From Lama glama (taxonomy: Eukaryota), in contig CM052817.1 in assembly GCA_028534125.1 (NCBI GenBank), forward strand, positions 48,858,001 to 48,922,000: a stretch of 64,000 bases of DNA, in the 5' to 3' direction. The notes under the pieces are model-generated. The model saw nothing but the letters and a program-made list of their open reading frames with translations. It was not told where the DNA came from and made no database searches. Position 1 is the stretch's first letter. Every line of letters starts with the position of its first letter. The position numbers and the translations under genes are program-made. Positions 24,465-37,800 of the stretch are shown piece by piece.

Positions 24465-24775
24465 ACATAGTATTTTTCCAGCTTTATTGAGACAAATTTG
24501 TTATATGACATTGGGTAAGTTTAAGCTGTATAATGTAATGGTTTGATATACGTTTCTGTTGTGAAATGATTACCACAATAAGGTTAGTTAACACATCTGT
24601 CACCTCACATGGTTAGTTTTGTGTGTGTGTTTCTGTGTTGTGAGAACATTTAAGATCTAACTGTCAGCAACTTTCAAGTATACAACACAGTACTGTTGAC
24701 TATAGTCACCATGGTATAAATTAGATTAGGACTTACTCATCTTATAACTGGAAGTTTGTACCCTTTGACCACCAT
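24465..24775 (-). mobile_element. L1MA-like 3'-end fragment
   Basis: 'gctttattgagac...gtgaaatgattaccacaata...cttataactggaagtttgtaccctttgacc'. Confidence 0.8.
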
Positions 24776-26974
24776 CATAAATCAGACCTCTTCTTGCCAC
24801 ACATCCTCAGGGTTCCTCAGGTAATTAGGTTTCTCACCTAATATAAAGAGATATGAAAGCACCTTGCATAGTATTTAGAACCAGATAGGGGCTTAATATG
24901 TTAGTTAGTTACTTAGTTAATATATTAGAATTAGTACACATTTCAAGCCACACTATGTGAAGTCTTAGCAGTGAATTAACACCATTACTGCAATAAGGGA
25001 GCAGAAATATCTTGTTCCACATCTTATGTTCCATATCTTGTAATATGTACAAATTTGATATATACTAGAAATAGACAGTTTGTAGAAATTCAGTACACAC
25101 ACTTTCTTTAAGCATTATCACTTTTCTGTGATTTGAAAATCTTGAGAAATGATCTAACCATTAATAAACTTGCATGTATGTCAATACTAAAGAAGAATTT
25201 TTATTTTAAAAAGTCTGTTATATTTTCTAAGAGGATGGATACAGACAAATAAATCTCTGAATTCTTGTCAAAGCCCCTGCAAATGTTACATTCAACCAGA
25301 ATTGACTTTAGTGACTCTGGATTCCTGAGAAAAATTATAATCTTATGTATCAATGTTGTAATCTGAGTGGTTGTCAATTTTCAGTCTCCATGGAACACTT
25401 GATCCTCAGCTGCTAAAAAGAAAAGCAGTTATAGAGTTCTCAAGCCTGGAATTTGAACCAGCAAGTGCCAGAGTCATGGCCAGACAGCCCCATGTCCACC
25501 ATACTGTTCCCTGGAATAGACCTGGCTTACACTGGCACCAGCTATGTGCTTACTAAATACTTTTCAGAAATTGCTTTGGCTATTTCCTGGTGTTTTTTGT
25601 AAGTTGTACTATAACTTGAAGCCCAAAGTTCAATAGCTGAGAATCCCCATTTATTGACTGTGCCTCATACATATGAGACATAATTTTGTCAGGATAATTT
25701 GAATTTTATACCAAATTCTATTAATAATTTTTTATTTTTCATAGGCTCAAATGATGGAAATTCCCATATTTGATATGTTACAAATAACTTACGTAGCCCA
25801 TGTTGCCATTTTTTGACATATATTATCAACAACTGCGTAGCCCATTCCAAAACTTCCCTTTTCTTTTCAAAATAAATACTTTTTTCAAACTAGTAATCAT
25901 TAAATAATAAACCTTAAGAAATTAATGACTCCTTCCTATGAACTATTACACTTGTAAAAAAATGTTTGAATAAAACCACATTTTTTGATACCATACATGG
26001 TTTACAGCATGGCTGCCCTCTCTGTTACTCAGAGCTCTGTGAACACTTCCCGTGGTTCCTCCTGAGTAGCCATTTCCCCTGATGATGCTCCACGTGCAAA
26101 GTTTAAGAAAGTGGCCTGCAGAGTCCTGCATCCAGGATCTGAATCAAGCCCCTCCATTTACTTAACTCAAATAAGTCTATTAATCTTTTATAACTACTCA
26201 TTCACTCAGCATTAAAATAACAATGACAACATTATTTCCCTGTTTGCCTCATCACTTTAACAATTTAAACAAAATGACATTTTCTATTTGGCAGTATATG
26301 ACAATCAAAAGTCATGAACTGTGTATATCCTTCAGGTACCTATCTGATTTCTTCCATGTTCATGGTCCAAAATTTCGAGCTTCTCCTCCTTAATTTTTAT
26401 CATTGAATTATCAAGAATATAAGACATTTTCTGTGTTTAATAAAGATTCTAATTATACTAAATCCAGAAGGAGCCATATAATCAGAAAAATGTTCTGTTA
26501 GCTTTACCTTATTCATGTAACATTGTCAAAATGCTAATGTGCTAGAAACTGACAGATGCTTTACATGAAATACATTGTGTAAATTCACCATAGCCCTGTG
26601 GGACAACCTATGCAATTGTTCCTGTTTTACAGATGAGGAAAAGGTGGCTTAGAAGTTAGGTATCAAAGATCACAAATCTGTGTAACTGGAATACAGAGTT
26701 AGTCAGTTCCTAACCGCAATACAAGTAATAGGAAATGAATTAGAAAAAATCCACTTAGTGAATCATAAGAGGGCTGTAGGGAATTTAGCTATAATCTGTT
26801 ACTGTAAAAAGTATTTTTATATTGAAAGAGGTTACATTCTAGCCTGCTTGGACAAAAGGCTACAATATATTAAAAAGATAGTCTTAATTTTACATATTTT
26901 AAATAATAATAATATATTTAAAAAGATGATGCAGTTTTATTTGGACAAAGGAACCTTTAGACCAGCCACAAAAT

Positions 26975-27180
26975 ATCTTTCTTCTGCCTGTTGTTCTATT
27001 CAGGCTGTCAATGGATTGGATGCTGCCCACCCAAATTGAACAGAACAATCTACTCTGTGGAGTCCATAAAGTCAAATGCTAATCTCATTCAGAAACACTT
27101 TCACAGACAAACTCAGAAATAATGTTTAATCTAGACACTCTGCTGCAAGTCAAGTTGACATGTAAAACTACCCATCATAC
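26975..27180. mobile_element. MaLR/MLT-type LTR fragment
   Basis: 'aatgctaatctcattcagaaacactttcacagac...gtcaagttgacatgtaaaactacccatca'. Confidence 0.7.
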
Positions 27181-30100
27181 AAAGAAATGTTACCCATACT
27201 CAAAAGTAAAATCAGTCAATAGGAACAGACCCACAATCTATTGAAATCAACAGAGAATTTTAAAGTAAGATTAAACATGTTGAAGAATTTGTAGGAATAT
27301 GATTAATAAATGCATTGAGTGAAATATTAGAAAATTTCTGGAAAGATAAGAAAATTGTTAAAAAATCAAATGGAAACCCCAGAACTTAATTTTAAAATCC
27401 TGAAATAAAAAATTCATTGGATGAGATTATCAGCAAGCAGACTGGATATAATGGAAGAAAAGATCAGTGAATTCAAAGAATGTCAGTAAAAATTTTCCAA
27501 ACTGAATTACTCAGAAAAAAATTAATTAAACATATAAATACATATATTCATTTTCATATTCTTTTTCATTATAGGTTACTGTAAGATATTGAATACAGTT
27601 TCCTGTGCTATACAGTATAAACTTGTTGTTTATGTATTTTATATATAGTAGTTAGTATCTGCAAATCTTGAACTCCCAGTTTATCCATTCCCAATCCCTT
27701 TCCCCCTGGTAACCATGTTTGTCTTCTATGTCTGTAAGTCTGTTTCTGTTTTATAAATAGATTCATTTGTGTCTTTTTTTAAAAAAAGATTCAACATATG
27801 AGTGGTATCACATGATATTTTCCTCTTTCTGCCTTACTTCACTTAGAATGACAATCTCTAGGTCCATCCATGTTGCTGCAAATGGCATTATTTTATTCTT
27901 TATTTATGGCTGAGTAGTATTCCATTGTATAAATGTACCATGACTTCTTTATCCAGTCCTCTGTCAATAGACTTTTAGGTTGCTTCCATGTCTTGGCTAT
28001 TGTAAATAGTGCTGCTGTGAACATTGGGGTGCATATATCTTTTTGAATTAAGGTTACCTCTGGTTATATGCCCAGGAGTGGGATTGCTGGATCATATGTT
28101 AAGTCTGTATTTTAGTTTTTTGAGGACTCTCCATACTGTTTTCCCTAATGGCTTCACCAAACTGTATTCCCACCAACAGTGTAGAAGGGTTCCCTTTTCT
28201 CCACACCCTCTCCAGCATTTATGATTTGTGGACTTTTGAATGATGGCTATCTTGACTGGTGTGAGGTGATATCTCATTGTAGTTTTGACTTGCATTTCTC
28301 TGATAATTAGTGATATTGAGCATTTTTTGATGTGCTTATTGGCCATTTGTATGTCTTCATTGGAGAATTGCTTGTTTAGGTCCTTTTTGGATTGGGTTGT
28401 TTCTTTTTTTTGTTACTAAGTTGTATGGAAATTAAGCCCTTGTCAGTCGTATCATTTGCAAACATTTTCTACCATTCTGTAGGCTATATTTTTGTTTTCT
28501 TCATGGTTTCCTTTGCTGTGTAAAAGCTTATAAGTTTAATTAGGTTCCATTTGTTTATTCTTGCTTTTATTTCTTTTTTTGTTTGTTTTTGTTTTTTGGG
28601 TTTTTTTAAAAAAAATATTTTTGCTTTTATTTCTATTGCCTGAGTAGACTGCCCTAGGAGAACATTGCTAAGATTTATGTCAGAATACAGTAATATTTTA
28701 AAAAGATATCACATTATAACAAATTGGCATTTTCTCCCCAGGACTGAAAGGTGTTTAACATTGAAAAGTAAAACAATATAATTTACTACATTAACCAAAT
28801 GAAAGGGATCATTCATGTTTTTATTTCAGTAAATGCAGATAATTTATTTAACAAAAGTCAAAATCCATTCATAATAAAAATTCTCATCAAACTAGGAGTA
28901 AAAGTGAAATTCCACAATCTCATACAGGTAATTTATGGGAAATGTAAAGCTGACATCTTACTTAACTGTGAAATAATAAATGCTTTCTTCCTACTATCGG
29001 AAACAATGCAAGTATATCCACTTTTGTGCCTTCTAATCACCATTACACTGGACACCCTAATCAGTGTAACAAGGCAAGAAAAACAGTTAAAGATGTACAG
29101 AATGAATAGAAACAAGTGGAATTATTTTTATTTCCAGAAAATGTGTTTTTTTAGCTGGAAAATAATATGGAATCTGCAAAGCAGATGTGGAACCTAATAA
29201 ATGTATTTAGCAGGATAATGGCATACAAGCTCAATGTACAAAAATCAACTGCATTTCTATGTGCTAAAAAATGGAAAATAAATAAATGGAATTTAAAAAC
29301 ATAAATATATTTAGAAAAAAGTTTAACAGATATTGCAAGACCACTTCACTGAAAACCACAAAACATTTCAGAGATAAATATGAAATAACCTAAATAAGTA
29401 TATGCCACATTCATGAATTGGAATACTCAGCATGGTTAAGATGCCAAATCTTTCCTGATCTAGAAATTCAGTACTATCCCATTAAAACTCAAGCAGAGAA
29501 GAAACTGAGAAACTGACTCTGAAATTTATGTGGAAATACAAAAGACATCACTATAGTAATCAAGACTGCAATATTAATGCAAAGACTAAAAAAAGCAGTT
29601 AAATGGAATAGAGTCCAAAAATAGATGCAGATGCATAGTCAATTGGTTTTCAATAAAGATCCCAAGGCAATTCAGTAAGAAAAGGCAAATCTTTTTAACA
29701 AATGACACTGGATCAACTAGGCATCTGTGTGGAAAGAACTATCCTTGATCTGTATCTTCACACTATACAGAAATCAGTGGCTACAGATCTAAATGTAAAA
29801 GCTAAACCATTAAAAATTTTGTAAGAAAACATAGGAGAATATATTCATTACTTTGGGTTAGGTGAACATTTCTTTACTAGTACACAAGACACTAATCTCC
29901 AAAAACTGACAATTGAACTGCACCAAAATAAAAAATTCTGCTCTTCAGAAACCGCACTATGAAGTGAAAAGACAAGCTCCAGACTGGGACAAGTGTTCAC
30001 AATAATATTTATTTGACAAATTACATAATCCAGAACACATAAAAACCTCTTAAAACTCAGTCATATGAAGATAAATGAAATGCTTGAATGTAATTTTCAA

Positions 30101-31130
30101 AAATAAAGATATACAAGTGGCCAGAAGTGTAGAAAAAAACACATATTATTAGTCATCAGGAAAACGCAGATTAAAGCCATGAGATGCATCGTCATACTTG
30201 TTACTTGTTAAATAGCTAAAATTAAAAAGACATAGAATTCTGAACTATATGATAGAGTAGATATAAACTTAACTATTTAATGTGTTAGGTTGAGATATAG
30301 ATTTAGAAGTCAGTGATTACTTATAAGTGTTTATTAAAGTCACAACAATAGAAATGTTCATGTGTTGATTTTTGAAAGGGAGGGAGAAGAGAGGGTAGAG
30401 GTCAAACTTTGTGAAGGCTAATTTTGAAAGGACATTTGACAGAAGAGGAATTCATGAAAATGATTATATATATATATATTTATATATATATAATTGCCAT
30501 ATATGTATATAAAGACAATTCTAAATGTTGGCCAGAAGGTGGAGGAACTAGAATTCATATTACTGATCAGAGTATAAAATGGTACAGTCACATAGGAAAC
30601 TACTTAGAAGTTACTTATAATAAACTTACCCTATGCTTTATCTCCACGTTTTGGTATTTACTCAACAGCAATGAAAACGTATGTTTACAAAAAGACTTGT
30701 ACAGGAGCTTCATAGCAGCTTTATGCTAAGCGGCCAATAATTAGAAGCAACCCAAATGTTCCTCAATAGGAGAATAGTTAAAAGAAACTGTAGTACCTTC
30801 GTACAATGTAGCACACAATTTAGGCAACGACATGGATTCACAAAAGTATTATATTGAGTAAAATAAGGTGGCACAAAAGAATACACAATGTATGATCTAC
30901 TTTATATGGAGCTCCAGAATAGGCAAAATTAATATACGTTGATAGAAATTTTATTTTTTTAAGTAGTAACCTGTCATGAGAATGGGGAGACTAGATTGAC
31001 TGGAAAAGAGGAGGGGACTTTGCGGAGGTGATGGAAATGTTCTGTGTCTTGATAGGCGTAGGTACGTACATTTATATGTATATGTAACTCAAACCCATCA
31101 AACTACACACTTAAACTCTATGCATTTAAA
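27180..31130 (+). mobile_element. Old degraded L1 (ORF1 remnant, ORF2 RT/C-terminal remnants, 3'UTR), interrupted by a younger L1
   Basis: ORF 28799..29197 is a decayed L1 RT segment; further ORF2-like and 3'UTR blocks to ~31130. Confidence 0.8.
27540..28685 (-). mobile_element. Younger 5'-truncated L1 (ORF2 C-terminus + 3'UTR) nested antisense
   Basis: ORF 28092..28346: [32 protein letters not shown]...[17 protein letters not shown] (L1 ORF2 Cys-rich domain). Confidence 0.92.
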
Positions 31131-32764
31131 AGTGTTACTAGACTGTGATGATGGATTGGTCATGTGTGCAATTTTGGGGGTGAGATCATACATGGATTCC
31201 ATATGTCTGTCCTGAACTAATGCTCTCATAATACATTAGATAGGAAGCACTCAGTGAGAAGGTTGGTAGGGAAAGTTTTGAGGCTACAGTGTGGATTACC
31301 AAATGTAAGCAAAACTGATTCTAGGGAAATTATTCTGCATAGGAGTTTTCTGGTCAGATTTGTTCAAAATTGAGGTGCTTTTTCTGCTTTGCCTTTCTTT
31401 CACTGGCCTGGGATGGGGAAGTTGAGATGCTAGGATTAAAATCAACACAATAAAATACAGTTCTTTGCATGTATTGCAGTGATATTTCTTTAAAGCGTAC
31501 CTTCTTGTCTTCCTAACTTTGGTAACAAAAATGATAGTGTTTAAAGCTTCTGTATAAAGTAGTTTGAAAACGTAGACTATTTCACTGATGGTGATTATAG
31601 TATGCATGTTTTCAAACATAGTTGTTGCTCAGGAATACCTTAACAAGACTTAACAGCTTCCTGAAGCAGATTGGATCCTGAATAGTCTGAGATTAGGGAA
31701 TTTATTTTTTAAGCTGAGTCACTAAATTGGATTTGTTAAAAACATCCAGAGTAATAAGGTCTTTTTAATATTGCCTGGAATAAAGTAAAAAAATACAGCA
31801 TGCTTAGCTCAATATTTATGTTTTATCAAAACATTTTCTTGAAGTAACTTCTTAATGTTTATCCTTGCATTACTTTATTTATGTAGAATTTAGCCCTTTA
31901 ATGTGTTTATATGTTCATGTATTGATAACATTTGTGTATTTTTTAAAGCCTTTATTATTGTAACTCCTAATATTGTCAAACTCTTGACTTGATTATAGCA
32001 TGATGCTTAGAGTTTTGCAGTTTTTCCTAAGTTCTGCTTCTCTTCATTGAACCGTCAAATAGAATAGCTGTGCTGTGCCCATTTCTCTTCTTTAGTCTCT
32101 GACCATCCCTTTTCTCCTCCTCGTTAATGAGAAAAGTCAAAAAACTTGCTATATTCCAGAATGTATTCTAAACACTCAGCATGAATTACCTTATATAATT
32201 TTCAATGACCTCACAAACTCGTGGAATTTCAGAACACAATGTTCCTACATGCTGAATACTTGCATTTTATCAGATATCTTGTACAATTCCCCAAATCATG
32301 TCCAATATTAAGAAGTCTGTCAATCACCCAGAATTACTTTCACTCACCCAACCAATTTAGGGAAAATAGGATAAAGTATAAAATGAAGGTAGAATAGGTG
32401 ATTATTGGATTACCCTTCCATTGGGTAAGTAGCAGTTTCCAGAGTCAGAACATTACTAAATGCTGGAAAAAGATAAGACTCTAGGAATTGTGATCAAATT
32501 TAAAGCCTAAAATACTAATTAAATTTGTTTGAAACCACCTAATACGTATTTATTCATTCATTCATTTGCCCACTCATTCATTTTTCTTTTCATACACATA
32601 CACTCACACACATCAACACACATCTACATACAAATATGTGAAGTGTACTGAATGTCAATTTTCCTGTCTTTTCAGAATTTCAGCTGAAGTTCCAAAGCTG
32701 AGAAAATACATTAAGTACTTCCATAGTACTACCACAAGTAAATGGGGGAAAATTAACATTTTCT

Positions 32765-32985
32765 GAGTTGACCTGTGAACAAGGTGGGGGTTAGGGGTAC
32801 TGACCCCCACATAGTCAAAAATCCATTTATAAATTTTCAATCGGCACTCCATATCCGTGGTTCCACATCTGAGGATTCAACCAGCCACAGATCGTGTAGT
32901 ATGGTTGTAGGTATTTATTGAAAATAAAAATCCACTTATAGCTAGACCCCCGCTGTTCAAATCCGTGTTGTTCAAGAGTCAACTG
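32765..32985. mobile_element. Tigger-family (TcMar) non-autonomous element
   Basis: Terminal inverted repeats gAGTTGACCTGTGAACAA ... TTGTTCAAGAGTCAACTG followed by TA. Confidence 0.8.
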
Positions 32986-33499
32986 TACTTTGTATGAGCC
33001 ATGTATCTTACATGTATTATTTCATGTAGCTCTTTCAGAGATTTTGAAAAGATAGATATTGCTATGTCTGTTTTACATCTGGGAAGATTGAGACTCAGTG
33101 CAAGGGACTTGCTGAAGTTTCCAAGCCAGATTGAAAGCCACATCTGATGAAATCCAAAATCCGTGTCCTATTTTGTACAGGATGTTGCTTCCCCAAACCA
33201 GTGTACATCTTCCTGAGGACCTATCCTTTTGGGTGATGACAGCCATCTCTCCATGTAGCTAGGCCATATTGACAGCATGCGCTTAATGATATCTGCCACC
33301 AAATAATTCTGATTCGAATGGAGAGTGCATCAGAAGGAATCTGCTGAATGGGCCTGGGGGAAATAATGAAGTTGTATGTCAAAGCTAAGTATGTACTTTA
33401 GTTCATCAGTCTCAGTCACCACACTTATAAATCCAGCCATAGGATATCTTTATTCTTATTGAGGCCACCATTTTCCAGCACCTTCCTTTATTAATTGCA

Positions 33500-33772
33500 G
33501 TTATACAACTCATTCAGTGATATTAGCTTTATTCTCATTGTTGTTGCTTTCCAGATTATGCAATGAAAGTATATTTAAAAAGAAATATAATTTTGTAAAG
33601 ATAAGGCTTACTAAATAATTGTATTATTTTCCTATGACTTATTGAAAGAGTGTAAGTAGAAAGGCATTCAGGAGAAGAGACAAACTATTTTCTGTTTTTC
33701 AAAGAACTGATATTAGCATTGGGGAAGCAAATAGCCTCAAATGATATCCAAGGCACTGCCACATCTTGTTCT
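33500..33772 (-). other. ODAM: ODAM non-coding terminal exon (3'UTR); AATAAA at 33528-33533 (also 33487-33492)
   Basis: Strong acceptor ttttgtttttcag|AGAAC at 33772; 3' end approximate. Confidence 0.7.
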
Positions 33773-34771
33773 CTGAAAAACAAAATAGAAGAGCATTTTA
33801 ATACCATTAGACTGTTTTCTGTAAAATTTCCCAGATATTTTCTAAGTTGCTTAAAATGAAATAGAAAACTCCTTCTGGCATTGATGCCACACAGAGTGAA
33901 GGCCACACTTTACATATAAAATCTCTTTAGTACTTCTGATTAGGTAGTTTGAATTGGTTTGCACTGGACAAAATAGTGCATTGTAGAGAGACTTTTCTAA
34001 ACAGGTGTTCATGCTATTCATTTCTGGTTGCATTTTTGTAGACTTTTTTTAATCTGAAGAAAGCCGAGTATTCATTTTCATAGAAGGAGGAATCAGAAGA
34101 GACTCACAGGTCGCAGGGAGGGGATTTCAAAAACCTTTGCCGTTTACTTTTCCCTTTCAGGCCAAATTGTTTGCTTTTTCATGTGTATTTTTTGCTTCTT
34201 GTTGTCATCCCAGCCTGCTTTTTTTTAATCAAACACCCACTAGCCTCACAGCCAACTAAGCCCATGAGGAAAGGGAGTCAATTAAAGTTATATTTGATAT
34301 AAAATACAGAATTTCAAATTTCCATGTGATTGTGCGACTTTTTTTTGTCATTTTGAGACTTTATTTCATGCTAATCCGATACAAATGTTTTGGCACTGTT
34401 ACAACTTGTAGCTTGCAAAGTGAAGCGGTGATTTGGGAGAACTGACTTTGTATTTGATGTCTGTAGAATGTCTTTTACATGGACTTAGAACATGTACTAT
34501 TTGTGTTTTCAGAGTTTATGCCCGGTTTATGGCATAAGCAGATAAGATCCTCAAAAGTTTCTGATTTTTAGAAAATTGCTAAAATATCATAATTATTATT
34601 AGCTTTATAGGAATATATAAGCACTGACTTGGATTTTTTTTTCATTTTGTTGTAGATCTTTTCATTAGTTCCCTTGACTTTTTTTTTTTTTTGTGATTTA
34701 GGATATGTCATGATACATAATGAATGCCTCTTGGCAAATACCTACCTCAAACTTTGAATGATTAGAACATC

Positions 34772-34801
34772 TTACGGTTCCTTTAGGTTATCAGTCTTGG
34801 C
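34772..34801 (-). CDS. ODAM: ODAM exon 11 coding part (exon 34746..34801)
   Basis: cactag|GCC AAG ACT ... CCG TAA; donor GAG|gtagg. Confidence 0.92.
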   Translation of the reverse strand, partial: AKTDNLKEP

Positions 34802-37800
34802 CTAGTGAGGAAAAGGATATTCATAGGAAGTTTTTATTAAATCAAAATTAAATTATATTCTGACTAGTGAATTATTAGTAAGCAATTATTAGCCTTCCTA
34901 TTCAAAGGATAAATTCTACTATATCATTTATGCTGTCATTATTTCTGTGACTAAGTCCTGTAAATTAAGCACTAACTTTATATTTTCTATTAGACACCAA
35001 TTTCTTATGTAAAATGAATCTTTGATTACCTTCTTTTTCATGAGCTCTGGAGTAATAGTTGGGTCTATAGCAGAAGTAAAAACACTTGTGCTGGGTTTTT
35101 GTGAAGTTGAAGGAATGACAATTCCTGCATTGGCATGCTTAAAGTTTATCATTTCTTTTTGTAAATTCGGTAACACTCTTCCTGCTGGCTATAGTGGGTG
35201 AGAAAGAAAATAAAGTGGTCACAGGTTCCATGCACAAGGAGTATAAAGCAAAAGGAGTGAGATGCAAAGCCAAGACTTTACTTAAGAAATAAATACGTTT
35301 ATTAATTTTCTAGATTATAATCTATCTTTTAGAAAGACTATGAATATATACCAGTAAACATGGACATCTCTTAATACCAGATTTTAAATGAGTGTACCTA
35401 TGGAAAGCATCTGGCATGTAGTAGCTCCTCGATAAATATCTGATGGACTGAGCAAATTGAATCTTGAGTGGCAAGAGATTACAAGGGAAAGAGTAATAGT
35501 TGTTGATGGAATAATAATATTTTCATCGAAATGAACAAGAGGGCAAGAGCCCGTAGGCTGTCAGTTGCTGACTTCGAGTAGCTAGCAAGTTGTGGTAAAG
35601 AAACATACCATCACAGCGGGTTCAGAAGCTGTGCCTAGGAAGGGATCAAAGACTGGTTGCTGCTGTCCTCCTGGTCTAACCTGAAAAATTGGGGAATTTA
35701 AAAAAGTCTAAATTATGAATCTATAAAATATGTTGTTTTGCACCCAATGCAGTTAACACTTCCCGACTTCTTCAATTAGTTTCTTCAAAATGAAAACAAT
35801 AACTTAGATTTGAGAAAGAGAAAAGCAGCTCCTCACAGTGAGAAACTGGCCTGACCCAGCAGCTCTGCTTCTGCGTCGTCAGGAGCTGGTCTGACGCTCA
35901 CTGCCAGGCCCTGGTGCTCCCCTGTTGTATTGTTAAAAAATCCAACCCAACACGAACATCAGACCAGGTCACCTCTAAGCATGACAAAGTGCGACCAAAA
36001 CAACACCACTGTGTAACCTTGTCTAAAGCCAGGTCCCTGTGCAAGGCACAAAAATACCAGGCATCCTCAGGTCCTGGCTAATCTGGAGAACTGCTTCTTT
36101 ACCAGTCACGGCCGTTGCCTCGCTCCATTGTTCTGACCTTCTAGGTACGAATAGGTAGATTACCCAAATCATAGAACTACCCCACTTCCTGAGAACACCT
36201 AATCCAAAGTGAGCCATGACTCCTTGAATTCTCCCCAATATCACCTGACACAAGCCCAGACCCTCTGAGAAGTCATTTCAGTACCTTCCTGTGAAGACCC
36301 CATGGTTCCCCATGGTGTGTGTTCTCCCCTGTTACAGTGAGTGGGTAAATCCAGCTCTGTCCAGTGAGAGGTGTGTTACCGGTGGGTTTTGACTGAAGGG
36401 CACTGACAGATTTAACAGTTTAGGAAGCAAGTCATCTCAAAAATTAATTTTTACTTTTAAGGAAAAGTATGCATTTACTTACAGGTTCTGCTTGCTGTGG
36501 AATATATCCGAATTCAGTATAGAATGGCATCTGTCAGAATTTTGAAAAATGCATTAGATTTGTTCTTATGATTCTGTCGTAATTTTGTGATAACTGATTA
36601 CTTAGAATTTTATCTATGTATTTATATTATACTAAAAGTTTTTTTTAAGTTCTAGGTTGTATCCTTTTAACACCATATGATTTCTAGATTAAACCTCTCC
36701 CTTCCTCTTTAAATTAACATGACTTCATTGGAAGTACTTCTACCAGCCATTTAAAGCTTAGTTTTCAATTTTCTCTAGTTGATTTGGCAAGTTTTAAGCA
36801 ATGATAAATTTTTTAGAAAGAAATCTAGCTATGTATGAGCCACCTGAATTTATATTAGAATTCTACCAATTTCTTGCATGTCCACGAAACTCAATATAAT
36901 GTTATCTAATTGTATTTCAATATCTAGTGCTCATAAGTGCCCTTTAATCTTGGCAGCTATTTTTAAAAAAATAATGGCTACATGGATATATGACAAAAGG
37001 GATGCTGGTAGATTTTTAAAAGTTATAAAACTTCATTTTCTAATATGAGTCAGCTTTTGGCCTCTGATTTTATTGACATCTGTTCAGTGACTTTGTTCTT
37101 TCAAAATTCAGCCTTGGAGTATATTTCCAAATTAGTGTCACTGTAAGGGGAAGCACAATATCCTTTTATGACCAGTTCAAGCTGTTGAGTTTTTGCACTA
37201 AGCATAATCAGATATTCCCTCCTCTGAAAATGTACCGTATATTCTTTATTCTCAGGTGGAACTAGTCATATTAAAATCAAACACTTGAAATACCTGCTCC
37301 TCGAATAGCTGCTGTCCTGTTTGCGGAGGGGACCAGGCGGCTGTTTGTTGAGGTTGTTCCCAGGGCAGGAGCACGTAAACTGGGTAGTATTGAAACATCT
37401 GTTTGTAAACAGGAGAGTACAGAGGAGCTTCCTTTAGATCAACGCAGGCCTTTTTTTTTTTTTTTAAGTCTTCTAATGTTAGTATTTTAAAACTGATTTA
37501 TATTTAGTAATTCTGTGAACAAAAGAACACATAAAGAGTCCTTCCCAAACTTTAGAAGAAATTTGTGTTGCACATGACACTGGGCTTTGTTTCAAGGTTA
37601 CTTGGTCAAACACATTAGGAAGTAGTAGATTCAACTAAATAACGGGCTTTTAAAAAGAGCACCTTGGACTTTATATACAAAATTCATATACGTATATTCT
37701 TTGTAAATATCTAAGAAGAAGCTAGCCTATGCAACATTGTCCCTACATTTTTTTTAGAATCTTCATTCTGCAGGACATGGTATTAGAAGTACTACCATAA

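Noticed and set aside
28799..29197. 132-aa ORF
   Set aside because: Decayed L1 reverse transcriptase, not a host gene.
32414..32462. 49-nt minus-strand segment with good acceptor and donor downstream of ODAM
   Set aside because: Not a multiple of 3, stop in phase 0, no SCPP-like content.
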